Assembly (NCBI GenBank): GCA_028534125.1 | Contig: CM052817.1 | Coordinates: 46,998,001 to 47,062,000, forward strand | Source of the DNA: Lama glama | Lineage: Eukaryota | DNA length: 64,000 nucleotides | Reading direction: 5' to 3' | Shown here: positions 23,981 through 38,181 of the stretch, in pieces | Numbering within the stretch: position 1 is the first letter of the stretch | Layout: every line of letters begins with the position of its first letter | Translations under genes and position numbers: made by a program | Notes under the pieces: generated by a model | The model's database searches: none | The model's input: only the letters and a program-made list of their open reading frames with translations | What the model was told of the DNA's origin: nothing

Positions 23981-24328
23981 TATTATGGGCTGAATATTTG
24001 TGTCCCCACAAGTTTTTAGGTTGAAACCTTATGCCTAATATGATATTATTTGGAGGTGGGGTGTTTGGGAGGTAAGTAGGTAAGGAGTGTAGAGCTTTGT
24101 AAATGGAATTAGTACCTTATAAAGACCCTAGAGGGCTCCCTTGCCCACTTTTTTCATATGAGGACATAGCAAGGAGACAGTCATCTATGAACCAGAAATG
24201 GGGCTCACCAGACACTGAATCTTCTGATCTTGGACTTCCCAACCTTCAGAACTATGAAAAATAAATATTTATTGTTTAAGTCATCCCATCTATGTATTCT
24301 ATTATAGCATCTCAAATGGACTAAAACA
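23981..24328 (+). mobile_element. MLT1A-like MaLR solo LTR
   Basis: tattatgggctgaatatttgtgtcccc...aaataaatattt...aaatggactaaaaca; 5-bp TSD GCATC/GTATC. Confidence 0.85.
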
Positions 24329-24749
24329 GTATCTGAGTTGGTGAAAGTCAAGATTAGAAAACAGTTACCTAAGGCTTCTTCAGATATCCAGGAATCTACT
24401 TAAAACAGTCTTTGAAACAAATGAAGACTTCTGAACATTGAAACATCTATAATTGTTGCCCAGTTTTTTAAACCTTAGGTTATGCTCAGATATCAAAAAA
24501 GAGTATAGGGATTTATCAATAAGGATATTCATTTCAGTGTTGTGAAATCAGAAATAACCTTAAGTTTCCAAAAAGGCAATTGACGGAGTTTTTTCCTATG
24601 CCCATGATGTAATACTGTAGACATTAATGAAGATGATGGGAAAGATAATTAATGATATGGATATTCATGATGTAACTAATGGGGGAAAAGCAAATTATTG
24701 AATAATATGTATAGAGATTCTTTTGAATGAAATTAAATAAGTAACTTTA

Positions 24750-27468
24750 TTAAAATTCCCAACAAACAAAAGTCCTGGACCAGGTGGCTTTACAGGTGAA
24801 GTCTACCAAACATTTAGAGAAGAGTTAACACCTTCTTAAGCTATTATAAAAAATTGCAAAAAAAAAATTGCAGAGGAATGAATACTTCTCAACTCATCCT
24901 ATGAAGACAGCATCACTGATACCAAAACCAGAAGAAGATATCACCAAAAAAAAAAAATTATGTAACACTATCATTGATGAACAAAGTATTAGCAAACAAA
25001 ATCCAACAATACATTAAAAGGATCATACACCATGATCAAGTGGGTTTACCCCAGGTATACAAGGATGGTTCAGGATCTATAAATCAATTCAATGTGATAT
25101 GCAATGTTAATAAATTAAAGAATAAAATAACAAAAAATCATCTCAATAGATGCAGAAGAGGCTTTTTGACAAAATTCAACATCTATTTATGATAAAGACT
25201 CTCTAGAAAATGGATATAGAGTAAACATACCTCAACATGATAAAGGCCATGTATGATAAGCCTTCAGCCCGCATCATACTCAGTGGTGAAAAACTGGAAA
25301 CATTTCCTCTAAGAACAGAAACAAGGTAAGGATGCCTACTTTCACTCCTTTTAATAAATATATTATTGGAAGTCCTAGGTATAACAGACTGGAATCTAAA
25401 CTGGAAAAGAAGTAAAACTGTCATTGTTTGCAGATGACATAGAAAATCCTGAAGACACTACCAAAAAATTACTTGAGCTCATTAATTAGTTTGGTCAAGT
25501 TGCAGGATACAAAATTAATACACAGAAATCTGTTGCATTTCTATATACTAGCTACACACTGTCAGAGAAATTATGGAAATAATCCCATTTACAGTTGCAT
25601 CAAAAATATTAATAAAATATCTAGGAATAAACCTACCTAGGAGGTAAAAGACCTATACTCAGAAAATGTTAAGATTATGATGAAAGAAACTGAAGATGAC
25701 ACAAACAGATAAAAAGATATACCGTGTTCATGGTTTGGAAGAATTAGTTTGTTACAATGGCCATTCTACCGAAGGCAACCTGCAGATTCAGTGCAATCCC
25801 TGTCAAAATACCAGTGGCATTTTTCACAGAACTAGAACAGATAATTTAAAAATTTGTGTGGAAACACAAAAGACCCTGAATAGCCAAAACAGTCTTAAAC
25901 AGAGCTGAACAAAGAAGAACAGAGCTGAAGGAATCATGCAGGAATCATGCTTCCTGACTTGAGACTATACTACAAAACTACAGTGTTCAAAACAGTTTAA
26001 TACTGGCACAAAAACAGACCAATCAGTGGAACAGAACAGAAAGCCCAAAAGTAAACCCACACACTTATGTGCTAGTCTCTGACAGTTACTCTGTGTCAGT
26101 TACTCTATGACAAAAGGAGAAAAAATATACAATGGAGAAAAGACAATCTCTTCAGTAAGTGGTGTTGTGAAAACTGGAAATAATCTTCATGTAAAAGAAT
26201 GAAATTAGAACATTTTCTCACACCATTTACAAAAATAAACTCAAAATGGATTAAAGACCTAAATGTAAGGCTGGAAACCATATGAGTCCTAGGAAAAGAC
26301 ATAGGCAGAACACTCTTTGACATATATTGTAACAATATTTTTTTGGATCTGTCTCCTAAGTCAAAGGAAACAAAAGAAAAAAATAAACAAACATGAGCTA
26401 ATTAAACTTAAAAGCCTTTTCACAGCAAAGGAAACCATTGGCAAGATCTAAAGTCAACCTACTGAATGGGAGAAAATATTTGCAAATGATATGACCAACA
26501 AAGGGTTAATATCCAAAATATATAAATAGGTCATACAACTTGACATCTAAAAAATAAAACCACACAACCTAATTTAAAAATGGGCAGACACCTGAATAGA
26601 CAGCTTTCCAAAGAAGACATGCAAATGGTGAATAGGCACATGAAAAGATGCTGTGTTGCCAATCATCAGGGAAATGCAAATCAAAACGAGTTATCACCTT
26701 GAACCTGTCAGAATGGCTGTCATCAAAAAGGCCACAAATAATAAATGTTGCTGAGGATGTGGAGATAAGGGAACCCTTGTATACTGTGGGAATGTAAATT
26801 GGTGCAGCCATTATGGAAACAGTATGAAGTTTACTCAAAAAATTAAAAATAGAACTACTGTGTAATCCAGCAGTTCCACTCCTGGCTATATATTTGGAGA
26901 AAACTGTAACACTAATTTGAAAAGATACATGCAACCCAGTGTTCATAGCAGCATTATTTACCATAGCCAAGATATGCAAGCAACCTAAGTGTCCATCAAC
27001 ACATAATGAATAAAGATGTATATATTATATATACAGTGGAATGCTACTTAGCTATTAAAAAGGAATGAAATTTTGCCATTTGCAACAACATGGATGGACT
27101 TGGAGGATATTATGCTTAGTGAAATAAGTCAAACAGAAAGAGAAATTCTGTATGTTATCACTTATATGTGGAATCTAAAAGATGAATTAGTGAATACAAC
27201 AAAACAGAAACAGACTCACAGATGTAGAGAACAAACTAGTGGTTACTAGTGGGGAGACGGAAGGGGGAGTAGCAAAATAGGGGTAGGGAATTAAGAGGTA
27301 CAACTACTATGTATAAAATAAATAAGCTACAAGGATATATTGTACAGCACAGGGAATATAGCCAGTATTTTATAATAAGTATACATGGAGTATAATCTGA
27401 AAATTGTGAATCAACTACGTTGTACACCTGAAACTTACATATTGTAAGTCAACTATACCTTAATAAAA
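24750..27468 (+). mobile_element. 5'-truncated, decayed LINE-1 (ORF2 RT to 3' UTR), ~2.7 kb
   Basis: Begins KIPNKQKSW/KSPGP.GFTGE-like; NKIQQYIKRIIHHDQVG; VKLSLFADD at 25412-25438; many stops and frameshifts; L1 3' UTR ending tcaactataccttaataaaa. Confidence 0.95.
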
Positions 27469-29111
27469 GATAAATTATAAAAGCGAAAGTTAAATCCTTA
27501 TACAAAGAATAAGCCACAAAATATAGTGATAAACAGTATTTGTGATTTTTCTGAACAATTTTTGAAGCTAAAAATAGTGGAACATTAATTTTGTCATCGT
27601 GAAAAGTGTTGTTACATCTTTTCATAAACATCTATTTGGATAAAGCGAGAACCTGTATAATTTTTTCATTAAATAAGATCTTAAGTCGTTCTTGAAAAAT
27701 TATAGTTTTAATGAATTAATATTACTGAAGTGATTAAAGATTGAACTAAAACTATTAGAGTGGGGGCTAATGATTAACTTATAATGAAAAATAAAAACAA
27801 TTAATGTTGAGCTTTTTATTCTTTAAAATTTTACTAATCTACCTGGTTGATGTGTCTTACAGCACAGGTGAGACAGAGATGGTAGCAATGAGCACTTGGG
27901 CTGAGCCAGTTCTGAGAAGAGTTGCAGGGGCAATTATTCAGTGCCAGAGGAATCTCATTGCCCACCCTGCAGGCTGTGTCTTAGCCAAATAGCCCAACAC
28001 TGCCCACTAGTGGTTATAGAAACAAAGTATCAATGCTAATAAAGGGCAGGTATTTTTGATAGGCTTTATTACACCTAGGACTTTCAAATTGTAATGAATA
28101 TTTTTATGCTTGTAGAGCTTTATAATTCACAAGAAACAAGCCTATTTATTTCACATATGGGAAAACTGAGAAGTCAAATGAATAGCCCTAGATCTCAACG
28201 TTAGATAGTGATACAGGTGCTGGAACCTGGGACTCCCGTGTCTCTAATCAGCATAATTTCTGCCAAGCTGAGCTGCCTTCTAAATTGGGTTGCTGATATC
28301 CTGAGAGTTCGAGGTATTTATCAAACCCAGTCCTGAGTTGTGGACTCAATTATGGACACAAAGCTCCTAGCTCCTCATTATTTTAAACTGTCCCCAACTT
28401 TGCTTGATGATTTATCTACACCTTGGGTGTAGATAAGCCGTTGAATCTCAGGGGTTCTGTGTATGTATTCCAGCTAATGTTACATAGAAAAGATGTGCAG
28501 ATTAAAAACATCACCCCAATATTTTGTTATTGCTGCTGAGATAAAGCCGGTACACGAAGGCTGAACTTTCTGGAAATGTACTTTGTCCCTAGTAGCAATG
28601 GTAACCGGAGGATCTAATATCATTTATTGCAGACACATTTTCATTGTTAAAAGGGCATGTTATTTCTTGAGTTGAGGCTTGTGTGGAATTATTGTAGTTC
28701 CGGTTTCATCGTCTCCTGACCCCTAAAGGTAGAATTGTGGCCTTTGTGTTTTACATCTTTCTTGTGAAACAGGCAGCAAATGAAACCACAAAGGTGTTAA
28801 CGAATGAGATGGTGAGATCGGTAAGTCTAACAATTTGACAGGGTGTGTATAATTACACATTTTTTCATTTGGTCTTACTTCCCCTGACAGCATTTAGAGA
28901 TAGGCACATTTTACTTGATTAACTAATTTTCAAGTCTGTACCTAGAGGGAGTGCTCACCTGAATTTTGAACTGACTTGTATCAGTTCACAGAAATGAGAG
29001 TCAGATTTAGTATTAACGCCTCTAGATGGTGCCTGTGACCTATATTTGGATTCAGCAGCTTTGTATGGCAGAGGCAAAGGAAGAACACTGTAGGGGAGAA
29101 GGGGTTTTTGT

Positions 29112-29112
<1 letters not shown>

Positions 29113-29142
<30 letters not shown>
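29113..29142. repeat. (GT)15 microsatellite
   Basis: Read directly. Confidence 0.95.
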
Positions 29143-29145
<3 letters not shown>

Positions 29146-30429
29146 GTCCATTCCCCAAATTCTTTGGGGAGGCAGTCTTAAAGACCAAAAGGAAGATTGG
29201 GGCCCCTATGTGATTATTCAGTTCTCATTTCCCCAATTCCCTTTGTTTTCTCCCTTTTGAGAAAGAGAGTTCATAAAATTGATATCAATAAGAGTATGAA
29301 ATTCAAGAAGAAAATCTGGAATTTTAAGATCTCATGTTTTTAGGAATGATCAAGTGACTCTTCCATGTGTATATTAGTGTATAATAGTTGTGAATAAGCA
29401 TATACAGAAGGCATTCTCTTAGAATTCTAATCTTTGTCTGTGACATTTATGCACAGCCAGTCTTTTTCTCTTTCTTTGTATTTTAGCCCTGGAGTGTATA
29501 GAATCTCCACCGTTTTCTACCGCTTGTCAAGGTTAATTTAATCATTCAAGTTTTTTTTTTTTTGCCCCAGTTGATGTCATGTGTAACTAAGGTCAATGTC
29601 CATGATTTAGTCTGGACCTTTAGACCTTTAAAAGTCAGCAAGGAACTGAGTTTTCAGCTCTTTGGTTTTCAAGATCAATAACCTTTTCAAGCACAGAGAG
29701 TCTAATCAAATCTTGGGTCACATAATCTGTAATTAACAGAGACTGGGTTGAAGCCCAGGTCAACCAGTCTCCAAACTTAACCGTCTTTCTGCCTTACACA
29801 CTCTTTCAGAAAAAACAGATTTCATTGGATTTCCAGTTATTTCATAGACTCAAAATTTGAGAATCAGTTTAGGGTTGGCAATGTTTTACTTAGTAAGGAC
29901 ATTTAAAGCCACCCCTAAAATCATGTCACTACTGCTTCATAAAAGGAGGGACATTTTAACACCAAGTGGGTAAGAAGATTTGATCTCAGAATCTATGGAA
30001 ATCTTTTAATTTAATAATTTACTTTCATGTAAGACTCTGCATTGTTCATTTCACCAAGGACAAATGAACTCTTCATTTGTTAGTGGTCCAAGAGCTGCTT
30101 TAGAGAACCCGTCTATGACAATCTCTTCATGTTTTCAAATGGAGAAACTGAGGCCCAAATAAATAAGTAATATGTTTAATCTCGTATGTCCAGTGAGCGG
30201 TAGAGAATTGAGTTTTCCTTATTTCAAGAGGTGGGAAGGTGGATAATTTTCTCCCACTCTTCTCTTTTCAGCTGTTGCTGAGTGAAGGACACACACAAAT
30301 GCAAAGCAGCAGCAGTATATGGCAGGCAGAAAATAGATTCCATAATGAAATTTTCAGTTCTGTGTCATTATGGCACTTGAATTTTCTGTCAAACCCATCG
30401 TTTCTCTTTTTCCTTTGTTCTGTGTTTTG

Positions 30430-30590
30430 TTTTTATTAATTTTCCCCAGCTTTGTAATTAAAAAAATAAAATTGCATATATTTGAGGTGAACAACATGAA
30501 GATTTGAGGTATGTATGCAATGTGAAGTGATGACCACAAGCAAAATAATTAACATATCCATCACCTCTCATAGATACCATTTTGTGTGTG
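30430..30590 (-). mobile_element. L1 3' end fragment
   Basis: aaattgcatatatttgaggtgaacaacatga...aattaacatatccatcacctc, reverse complement of an L1MA-type 3' end. Confidence 0.7.
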
Positions 30591-31116
30591 TGTGGGGGGG
30601 GTCCATTTTGTTTCTGAGCCCTTTTTAGATATTTATCATTATTTATTAAAGGGAAAAAAATTATATTTACTAAGCTCTTGCTCTATGACAGGCATTTTGC
30701 TAGGGATTTTGCATACTTGAGTAATCTTTGTTTGTTCCACAGCAAAGAGTGAAATCTGTAATGAATAATAGTAAATGTCCAAGTTTTCCACATCATTGAT
30801 TTTCACGATGTTTGGTATTTTCTTTAGAAATGCAGAACAATATTTTCCTGCCATTGGAATTAACCGTATTATTGTATCTGTCTACAAATTCTCCCTAGTT
30901 CTTCATTTTACTATAGCTGTGGTCAGAGGGAGGGGCCTTTTAGAAGCACCATACAATAGAGTTGGTAGAGGGAAATAAATCGTGATGAGCTGCATTTGTG
31001 TACAGATTAATAAAGGGGGATGGATAGGAGAATCAGGCCAATGCCATTTCATCCTTTGGAATCATTTCCAATTTAGAAAAATGGATGAGTATCTCCAGCA
31101 ACCAATTTTCACTATA

Positions 31117-31135
31117 TGACCACCAGGGGGCGTTC
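31117..31135 (+). promoter_or_regulatory. Predicted CTCF binding site
   Basis: TGACCACCAGGGGGCGTTC vs consensus TGGCCACCAGGGGGCGCTA (16/19; core CCACCAGGGGGCG exact, CpG retained). Confidence 0.7.
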
Positions 31136-32499
31136 AACACTGTCAGATTGTAGTGGTTCTGCCTCCAGTAAAATTACAGCACCATAGGTTTTTCTGTAAT
31201 TATGGCTTTTCTCTCTGTCCATCCTTTCTTCTTCAGAATAAGTTCAGTAGGTATTTAATGTATCGACTTCTGACGCTCTAATAAGATTCCATGGAAAATA
31301 AATAATCCTTTTATGAGGTTAGACTTTATGTGAAGTGCTGAGCTTTAGTTGTCTTTACTATTGCTTCTTAGAATAAACTTTCTAGAGCCTTCCATGAAGA
31401 TGATGCTGCAGAATGAACATGCCGCTAGAATGCGCTCTGCCTCCCATCTCCAGTTTTCTCATCTTATTAAGTGCCAACCTGCTCTTTACAGCCAAAACTA
31501 AAACCCCTTTCTCCTTGATGAAATGTTTTCTGGCCCTTTGGTTTTCAGAGAACTTTCTTCTAAACTCTCACAGTATTTGGGTGTCAGTTCCAAATTCTCC
31601 ACTTAGTTTTGTCTTTTCTAACACCATTAACTTCTCAACTGTTGCTTTCTTTCCTCCACCAGGTTAAGAACTCCTGGAGTTAAAGCAATTGAATTAGGCT
31701 TTCTCCCCAGGCCACAGAGGTGTACGGGTGAAAATGTGGTCTCCGTGACAATGGCATGTTTTCCAGCTCCATCCTCACTCATTTTGTGAGAACTCCAGCT
31801 CCCCAGATTCTTCCAAACTAGGTCTGCAAGTCCGCTAGGTTTTCTTCCATGTGCTGGTCTATCAGTCAGAGCAGCTGTCAGTAGTCCATGCTCTCTCTTC
31901 CCTCCTGCAGTGACATTGTTGCTGCTGCCACCAAATACATCTGGAGTGCCTACTGCATGGGTGGTTCATGCCAGTTCTGTGACACCACCAGGGCTGCCCA
32001 GCAAAGCTGGCCTTCCCTCTGGCTCCTTCCCAAGATGCAGCCCCTTCAGCCTTCCTGCCCAGGCCTCTGTGCTGCAAAGGCATCTGAAGGGAGAGGGGAG
32101 TTGTTAATCCTCACTTGTGCTGTGATATGTAGCATAACTCAGTGCAGTGTAACCGTGTGCTGTAACACCTTACAGAAGTCTTAGAGAAATAGGTATTTTT
32201 GTGCTTAGTGCCTCTTGTGTACCCCTTTTTAACAAAAAGCCATCTTTTTAATTTGTTTCCAATTTACAAAATAAATCTGAGACCTTCACAAGAAGTTTTC
32301 AAGTACAGAAATATTTTCCTCTATGTCTGTTGAGGGTGTGTGTGTAAAACTTTTTGTTCTTATGTAACATGTATTACTGTGTAACTTAAATAATTTATTT
32401 TGCAAAAGTCTGTGTCCACAAAAAACAACCATCTCTCCGTGAAACATCCAAATGGCAATGGCCTGGGCACTAACCTGACTGAAGAGGGAAAAGTCCATG

Positions 32500-34650
32500 T
32501 CTTTCCCTGGTTGCTTTTTTCCTAGGATCCTGAAACTTTTAATTTTGGCTCTTTTTGATGTGTGTAAATTTTAAAATTTTATGTATTCAAATCTTTTCAT
32601 ATGCTTTTGTGATTTCCTAGCAAGTATCGTTCACAATCAAATATCAGCAAAATATTCACATATATTTTCCTTTTGTTTTATTTTAAAACTTTTAAAAATA
32701 TGAAGTTTCTTAGATTTTATGGAATAGCTTCTTTTTTTTCTTCCAAAGGTTGATCTGGTCAATTTTACACCCTTTATTGAATAATTTATTTTTATTCATT
32801 GTTTTGTGAGATTACCTCTACAATACGTTAGGTTCTTTTATGAACTTCGGTTATTTGGGGTTTCTCTGTTTTGTTTTATTGATCTGCTTGTCCCTTTCCC
32901 AATGCAACATTGACTTAATTACCTTTTTAAGAAATTACTTTGATTTTAAAATAAATGTTAATATTTGATAAAGCAAGGTTCCTTTATTGCTGAATTAAAA
33001 CATTATTATGTAATCTTTTCTATTCACAATTCCAGATTAAATTTAGAATAATTTTATTCAGTTGGGATTTCTCATTATTCCATTCAATAAATCTTTATAG
33101 AGTCCTTCACTCTGCCAGGCATTCTAAGTGGTCGGAAATAGGATGTAATTATGTACAAGACAATCACTGCGCTCTTGGATTCATAGTCTTTTAGAGGAGA
33201 CAAACAACAGGCAGGAATGGATATACAACACAAAGTTAGGCGGCGATCGTTGTGACAAAGGAAAAAGAACAGGGTGTGGATGGTGTTAGATCATGTTGTC
33301 CGAGAAAGGTCTTTTTGAGGAGATTGCGTTTGAATAAAGTGCAAGTGAGTAGAAAGGAGTAGCCAAGGGCAGAGGGAACATGGGTCTGGAGGAGCAGGAA
33401 GAAGGCTGGTGTGGTTGGAAGGAGTGAGGGGTGGAGGGTATGAAATCAGAGATTTAATCAGGGGTCAGATTATGTGGGTCCCTGTACTCCCTGGGAAACA
33501 CTTTGGATTTTAGTCAGATGTTTTAAAATTTAAATTACGGAAAAATTATAAATTAATTTGAGAAAGAATTGATATATTTTCAAAGTTCCATCTTTCCATC
33601 AAAAAAATACGGGTCTTATCACGTTTGCTGTTTTTTCTCCCTCCTTCTTCACATTTTATAGTAAAATTATGTCATTTTTTACATAGGTTTCTCACATATT
33701 TTTAGATTATTTCTGGGTATTTTATATATGTTGAATGCTATTGTCAGTGGAGTATGTGTATTCCACTAAATATATGTCTGTGTATCTAGTTTATTTTTCT
33801 AACATGTTTTCTGGTATATAAGAAAATGTGGATATTTGTATATTTTACATCTGAGTACAAAATTTGAGATTTTCAATTAATTCTATACCACTTTTGTATA
33901 AACAATTTTATACAATGTGTAAACACTTTGTCTTCCAATGTAATGACAGATTGTCCTCTTCATTTACATATCTCTGCCAGATCAAGAGTGATGTTGGGTA
34001 TCTTTGTTTATTCATTATTGATAGAAATGACTCTAGAGATATGTTTCCTGTAATGTCATTATTTAAGAATACTCCCTTATTTGCATACTAAAAGAAGTTC
34101 CTTCTAGTTCTAGCTTTTAAAATTTCTTTTCTTTTTCCTTAATAATGGGTTATTGATATTCAGATTCCTTTTTAGATCTTTTGAGATGACTATGATTTTT
34201 GTCCTTTGACTTACAGATTTAAAGAAAGATTTACAGATTCTTCTAGTATTAAACAATTGTTGGACTCCTGAAATCAATGCTATTTGATTATGGTAACTGT
34301 TCACTCCAGTCTGCTGATTAATTTACTTTGCTCTTATCTTATTTTGACCTTTCAAATCCACATAAGTGAGATTGATAGGTTTTGTATTTTAAACTCTCTT
34401 TGGTCACCTCTGCTATTTTGGTTATACTAGCTTAATAAAATGAACTGAATTACCTACTAATAAAATTGCCTGGTCCTAAAATTCTTTATTACAGATAATT
34501 AGTTAATAACTTCCAGTTTCTTCCAAGCTTATCGGTTTTTCCATGTTGGATATTTTTCTTGAATTCGTTTTAATTATCTATATTTTCCCTCTCAACCTTT
34601 TATCTCATTGAGATTTTATAATTTATCAGCACAGACTTGTAGGTAGTAAT
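32500..34650 (-). mobile_element. Old, highly diverged L1 fragments interrupted by an L2 piece
   Basis: T-rich sequence with L1 ORF2 reverse-complement phrases (ttagattatttctgggtattttat, aagaagttcccttctagttctag). Confidence 0.6.
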
Positions 34651-35561
34651 TATCTGTGTTGATGGGAAAATTTCTCTCTCTTTTTTCGTTGTAAAGCCTC
34701 TCTTGTCCCTGGGACTTAAGTTTGAGACCATAGGGGCAGGGTTGGAAGGCAGTCTGAGAGATGGACTTGGAGCTCTACTCATTTGCTCTTCTATTGTCTG
34801 TGAACAAACATGTGATGTGAGGTAGGGTAGTTTATTAGTCGGAAATTAAGTTATTACAGAAAAGAAGTAGTTTGCTTGCTCACCTATGTTTGTAGACTGT
34901 GGCTCCTATCTGCTACTTGTTCCACAGCTTGTGTTTTATTAGGACAAATGACTTTTCCAGGAAGCTCTCCAGTTCCTCCTACAAATAGTAGCCTAGACTG
35001 GACCCAGGCTCCCTCTCACTAGACAATCCCAGGTACGTCTGAGTCTTAGAATGTGATCTTTCAAGATGAGGTCTATTTGACAGATACGGGATCTTCCCCA
35101 AGTGGTTCCAAATTGAAAAATGATCCGTGGGCAGAAGCTGTAGGAAGTTGGATTTGGACTTAACGTAAAGAAATTTTAGTAAATCTTGTCCCAAGCTGGA
35201 ATGGGCTTCTTTGGATAGTTATACTCCCATTATTGGAAGTATCAGGATTGACTGAGTGTTCATTCAGTGAATGTTTCAGATGGGATTGAGGCCATTGAGG
35301 AGAGTACTTTAGCAGGGTAATAATCTTATCCTGTTTTGAGATTATATGATCATACTCCCTAGAATCTCCCTCAATGCACAGTTAGATGCCTTGTCAGTGA
35401 GTGAGCAGGAAGTCAAAATTAATAAACTGAAAGTAATCCACAAATTCAGTGTTTTAGGAAGCAGAGAAACCAATATGCATGGTGGAATCTGGCCCAAGCT
35501 GCTCCTAGGGTACAGACAACCCATGGGAAATGTAAACAAATGCTGCCATTGATGTCAGTGC

Positions 35562-35970
35562 TGTTAAAAAAAAAAGTCAGCTGGGTAATTTTAGATCAAA
35601 TTGGGTTTATTCAGTGATTCATGAATCAGGCAGCATCCCATCTAGCAAAGAGAAAGGTGCTCTGAGGAACTGTTCCAAATGGAAGGTTTTTAAAGGCAGA
35701 AGGAGGGTAGAACAATGAAGTCATAAACAAAAGAAAGGTTTTTTGTTTTTTTGTTTTTTTTTTTTTTTTCCAGGAAAGATCATCTTCCTTTGTGGGAAGG
35801 GTAGGGTCTGTCCTGCTGATTATCTCACTAGTGCTGATCAGGTAATTCCATATTGACTGGGTAAAGTTCACATTCCAGGGAGAGGTTGAAACTGCAATTA
35901 AGTCTTGGTTTGCTGTTGTGGGGCTTAGTATAAGTGACTCATTTTGGACCTGTTATTTCTTTTTTTAACA
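35562..35970 (-). mobile_element. ERV1-type solo LTR, ~410 bp
   Basis: Inverted termini TGTTAAAAAAA / TTTTTTTAACA; AATAAA on the - strand near 35606-35611; degenerate 4-bp TSD GTGC/ATAC. Confidence 0.7.
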
Positions 35971-36880
35971 ATACTAATTGTGGTAACCATAATGATAACC
36001 ACCATCAAGGAAGCACCTACATTGTGACAGTCAATAAGCAAGCATTTTGTCTGTGATGTTTTATTTATAGTTCACAAGTGCTCTGTGTAGTGGACATAAT
36101 CTTCCCCACTTTATGAACTGATGCCCCATTTTTAAAGGTAAGAAAACTGGGTAAATTAGAACATCTCAAGGGCTGTGTGTGCAAATCAATTGTAGGTATG
36201 CCCAGATATGACCCTCCTAGCCCTGGAGGTGGGTAGGAAAAACATGAGGCACCTGTATTTCCAAGCCAATCACCTTTGACCAAGTGCTACCTTGCCCTAG
36301 TGTGCTGCAGAAATATAATTCTTTATACCTACCAAGATATGAAAATTGGGAAGCACATAAAATTACCTATCCAAGATGACAAGCCTCAGATAGTGCCCAA
36401 TTAGAGATCCAAACCAAAGTCTGTATGACATTAAAGCCTATTTTCTCTCCACTATCCTTGCTGTCCTTGAGGATCTGAGAAGTGAGTTCTTCAGTTGGAA
36501 GCAGAGAGAGGCAGCAGGATGTGGCTAGTTATGCAACATGAATTTTACACACAAAAAAGCCATTTTGCAATGGCTGGTATGTGATGTAGACTAGCACGAG
36601 GTTAAGATTGAGGACTCTGCTGTCAGACTGCCTGGATTTAAAATCAGACTATCACTTACTAACTGTTTGACTTTGGGGAAATTACTCTGCTTCTCTGTGC
36701 TTGAGGCTTTTCATTTGTGAAATAAGGAATAATTTATTGATTGACTCAACAAATATTTGCTGAGAGCCTTCTATGTATGAGGCCAAATTTTGGGGTCTGA
36801 AAATGCAGCAGTGAATAAAGTGCTTGATCTTTGAGTTTACTTGGAATTCTTGAGCTTCTTGAGTATATAGATTAATTTTT

Positions 36881-38181
36881 TCCCTTGACTTTATTGAATA
36901 TAACATTTTGTAACTTCAAGATGTACAATGTGTTGATTTGATAAATTTATATATTACAGTGTGATTACCGTAGTAGCATTAGCTAAAACCTCTGTCACAT
37001 CACATAATTATCATTTGTTTTCTGTGACAAAATTTAAGATCTATTCTTTTAGTAACTTTCAAGTATGTAGTACAGTATTGTGTTTTAATTATGGTACAAT
37101 ATAGGCAAGTCCTATCCATGTATAAGTGACATCATATATTCTTTGTCTTTCTCTTCCTGACTTATTTCACTTATCTAGTGTCCTCAAGGACCATCCATGT
37201 TGTTGCAAATATCAGGATTTTGTTCTTTTTCCTGGCTGAGTAATATTTCATTGCTTATATACATCTTCTTTAACCGTTTATCTATTGACAGACACTTTGG
37301 TAGTTTCCATATCTTGGCTATTGTAAATAATGCTTCAGTGAACATGGGGTTTCATGTACCTCTTTCAGATCCGGTTTTAGTTTCCTTTGGATATATACCC
37401 AGCAGAAGAATTGCTAGATCGTATGGTAGTGTTTTTTTTTTAATTTTTTGAGAAAACTCCATACTGTTTTCCATAGTGTCTTGCCAATTTACCTTCCCAT
37501 CAACAGTGCATGAAGGTTCCCTTTCCTCCACATCCTCAAGAATATTTATCTCTTGTTTTTTTGATAATAACCATTCTAACAAGTGTGAGGTGATATTTTA
37601 CTATGGTTTTGACATGCATTTCCCTGGTGATTACTGATAGTAAGCTCTTTATAGGTACCTTTGGTCATTTGTATTTGTTCTTTGGGAAAATGTCTGTTCA
37701 GTTTCTCTACTCATTTTTTAATTGGATTGCTTTTGTTATTTGTATAAATTCTTTGTATGTTTTTGATAGTAACCTCTTATCTGATACATGACTTGCAAAT
37801 ATTTTCTCCCATTCCATACATTACCTTTTCATTTTGTTGGTTGTTTCTTTTGCTGTGCAGAAAATTTTAGTATGACATCATTCCGCTTGTTTAATTTTCC
37901 TTTTGTTACTTGTGGTTTTTGTGTCATATCCAGAAATATCATTGCTAAGAGCATTGTCAAGGAGGTTTTTTTCTATGTTTTCTTCTAGGAGTTTTACAGT
38001 TTCAGGTCTTACATTTATATTTTAAATCCATTTTGAATAAATTTTGGAGAGAGGTATAAGATAGGGGTCCAATTTTATATTTTTGTATGTGGTTATCCAG
38101 TTTTTCCAACATTTATTGAAGAAACTATCCTTTCCCCATGTGAGTATTCTTTGGCTTCCTTGTCAAATATTAGTTGACTGT
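36881..38181 (-). mobile_element. 5'-truncated L1 (end of ORF2 plus 3' UTR), ~1.3 kb
   Basis: Minus-strand translation ...LAILLLGIYPKETK...; 13-bp TSD TAGATTAATTTTT at 36868-36880 and 38182-38194. Confidence 0.9.

Noticed and set aside
24974..26979. ORFs with reverse-transcriptase-like peptides
   Set aside because: Broken fragments of a dead 5'-truncated L1, not a host gene or active element.
31860..32190. GC-richer patch with three overlapping short ORFs
   Set aside because: No recognisable protein, splice structure or poly(A)/TSD; probably an old repeat remnant.
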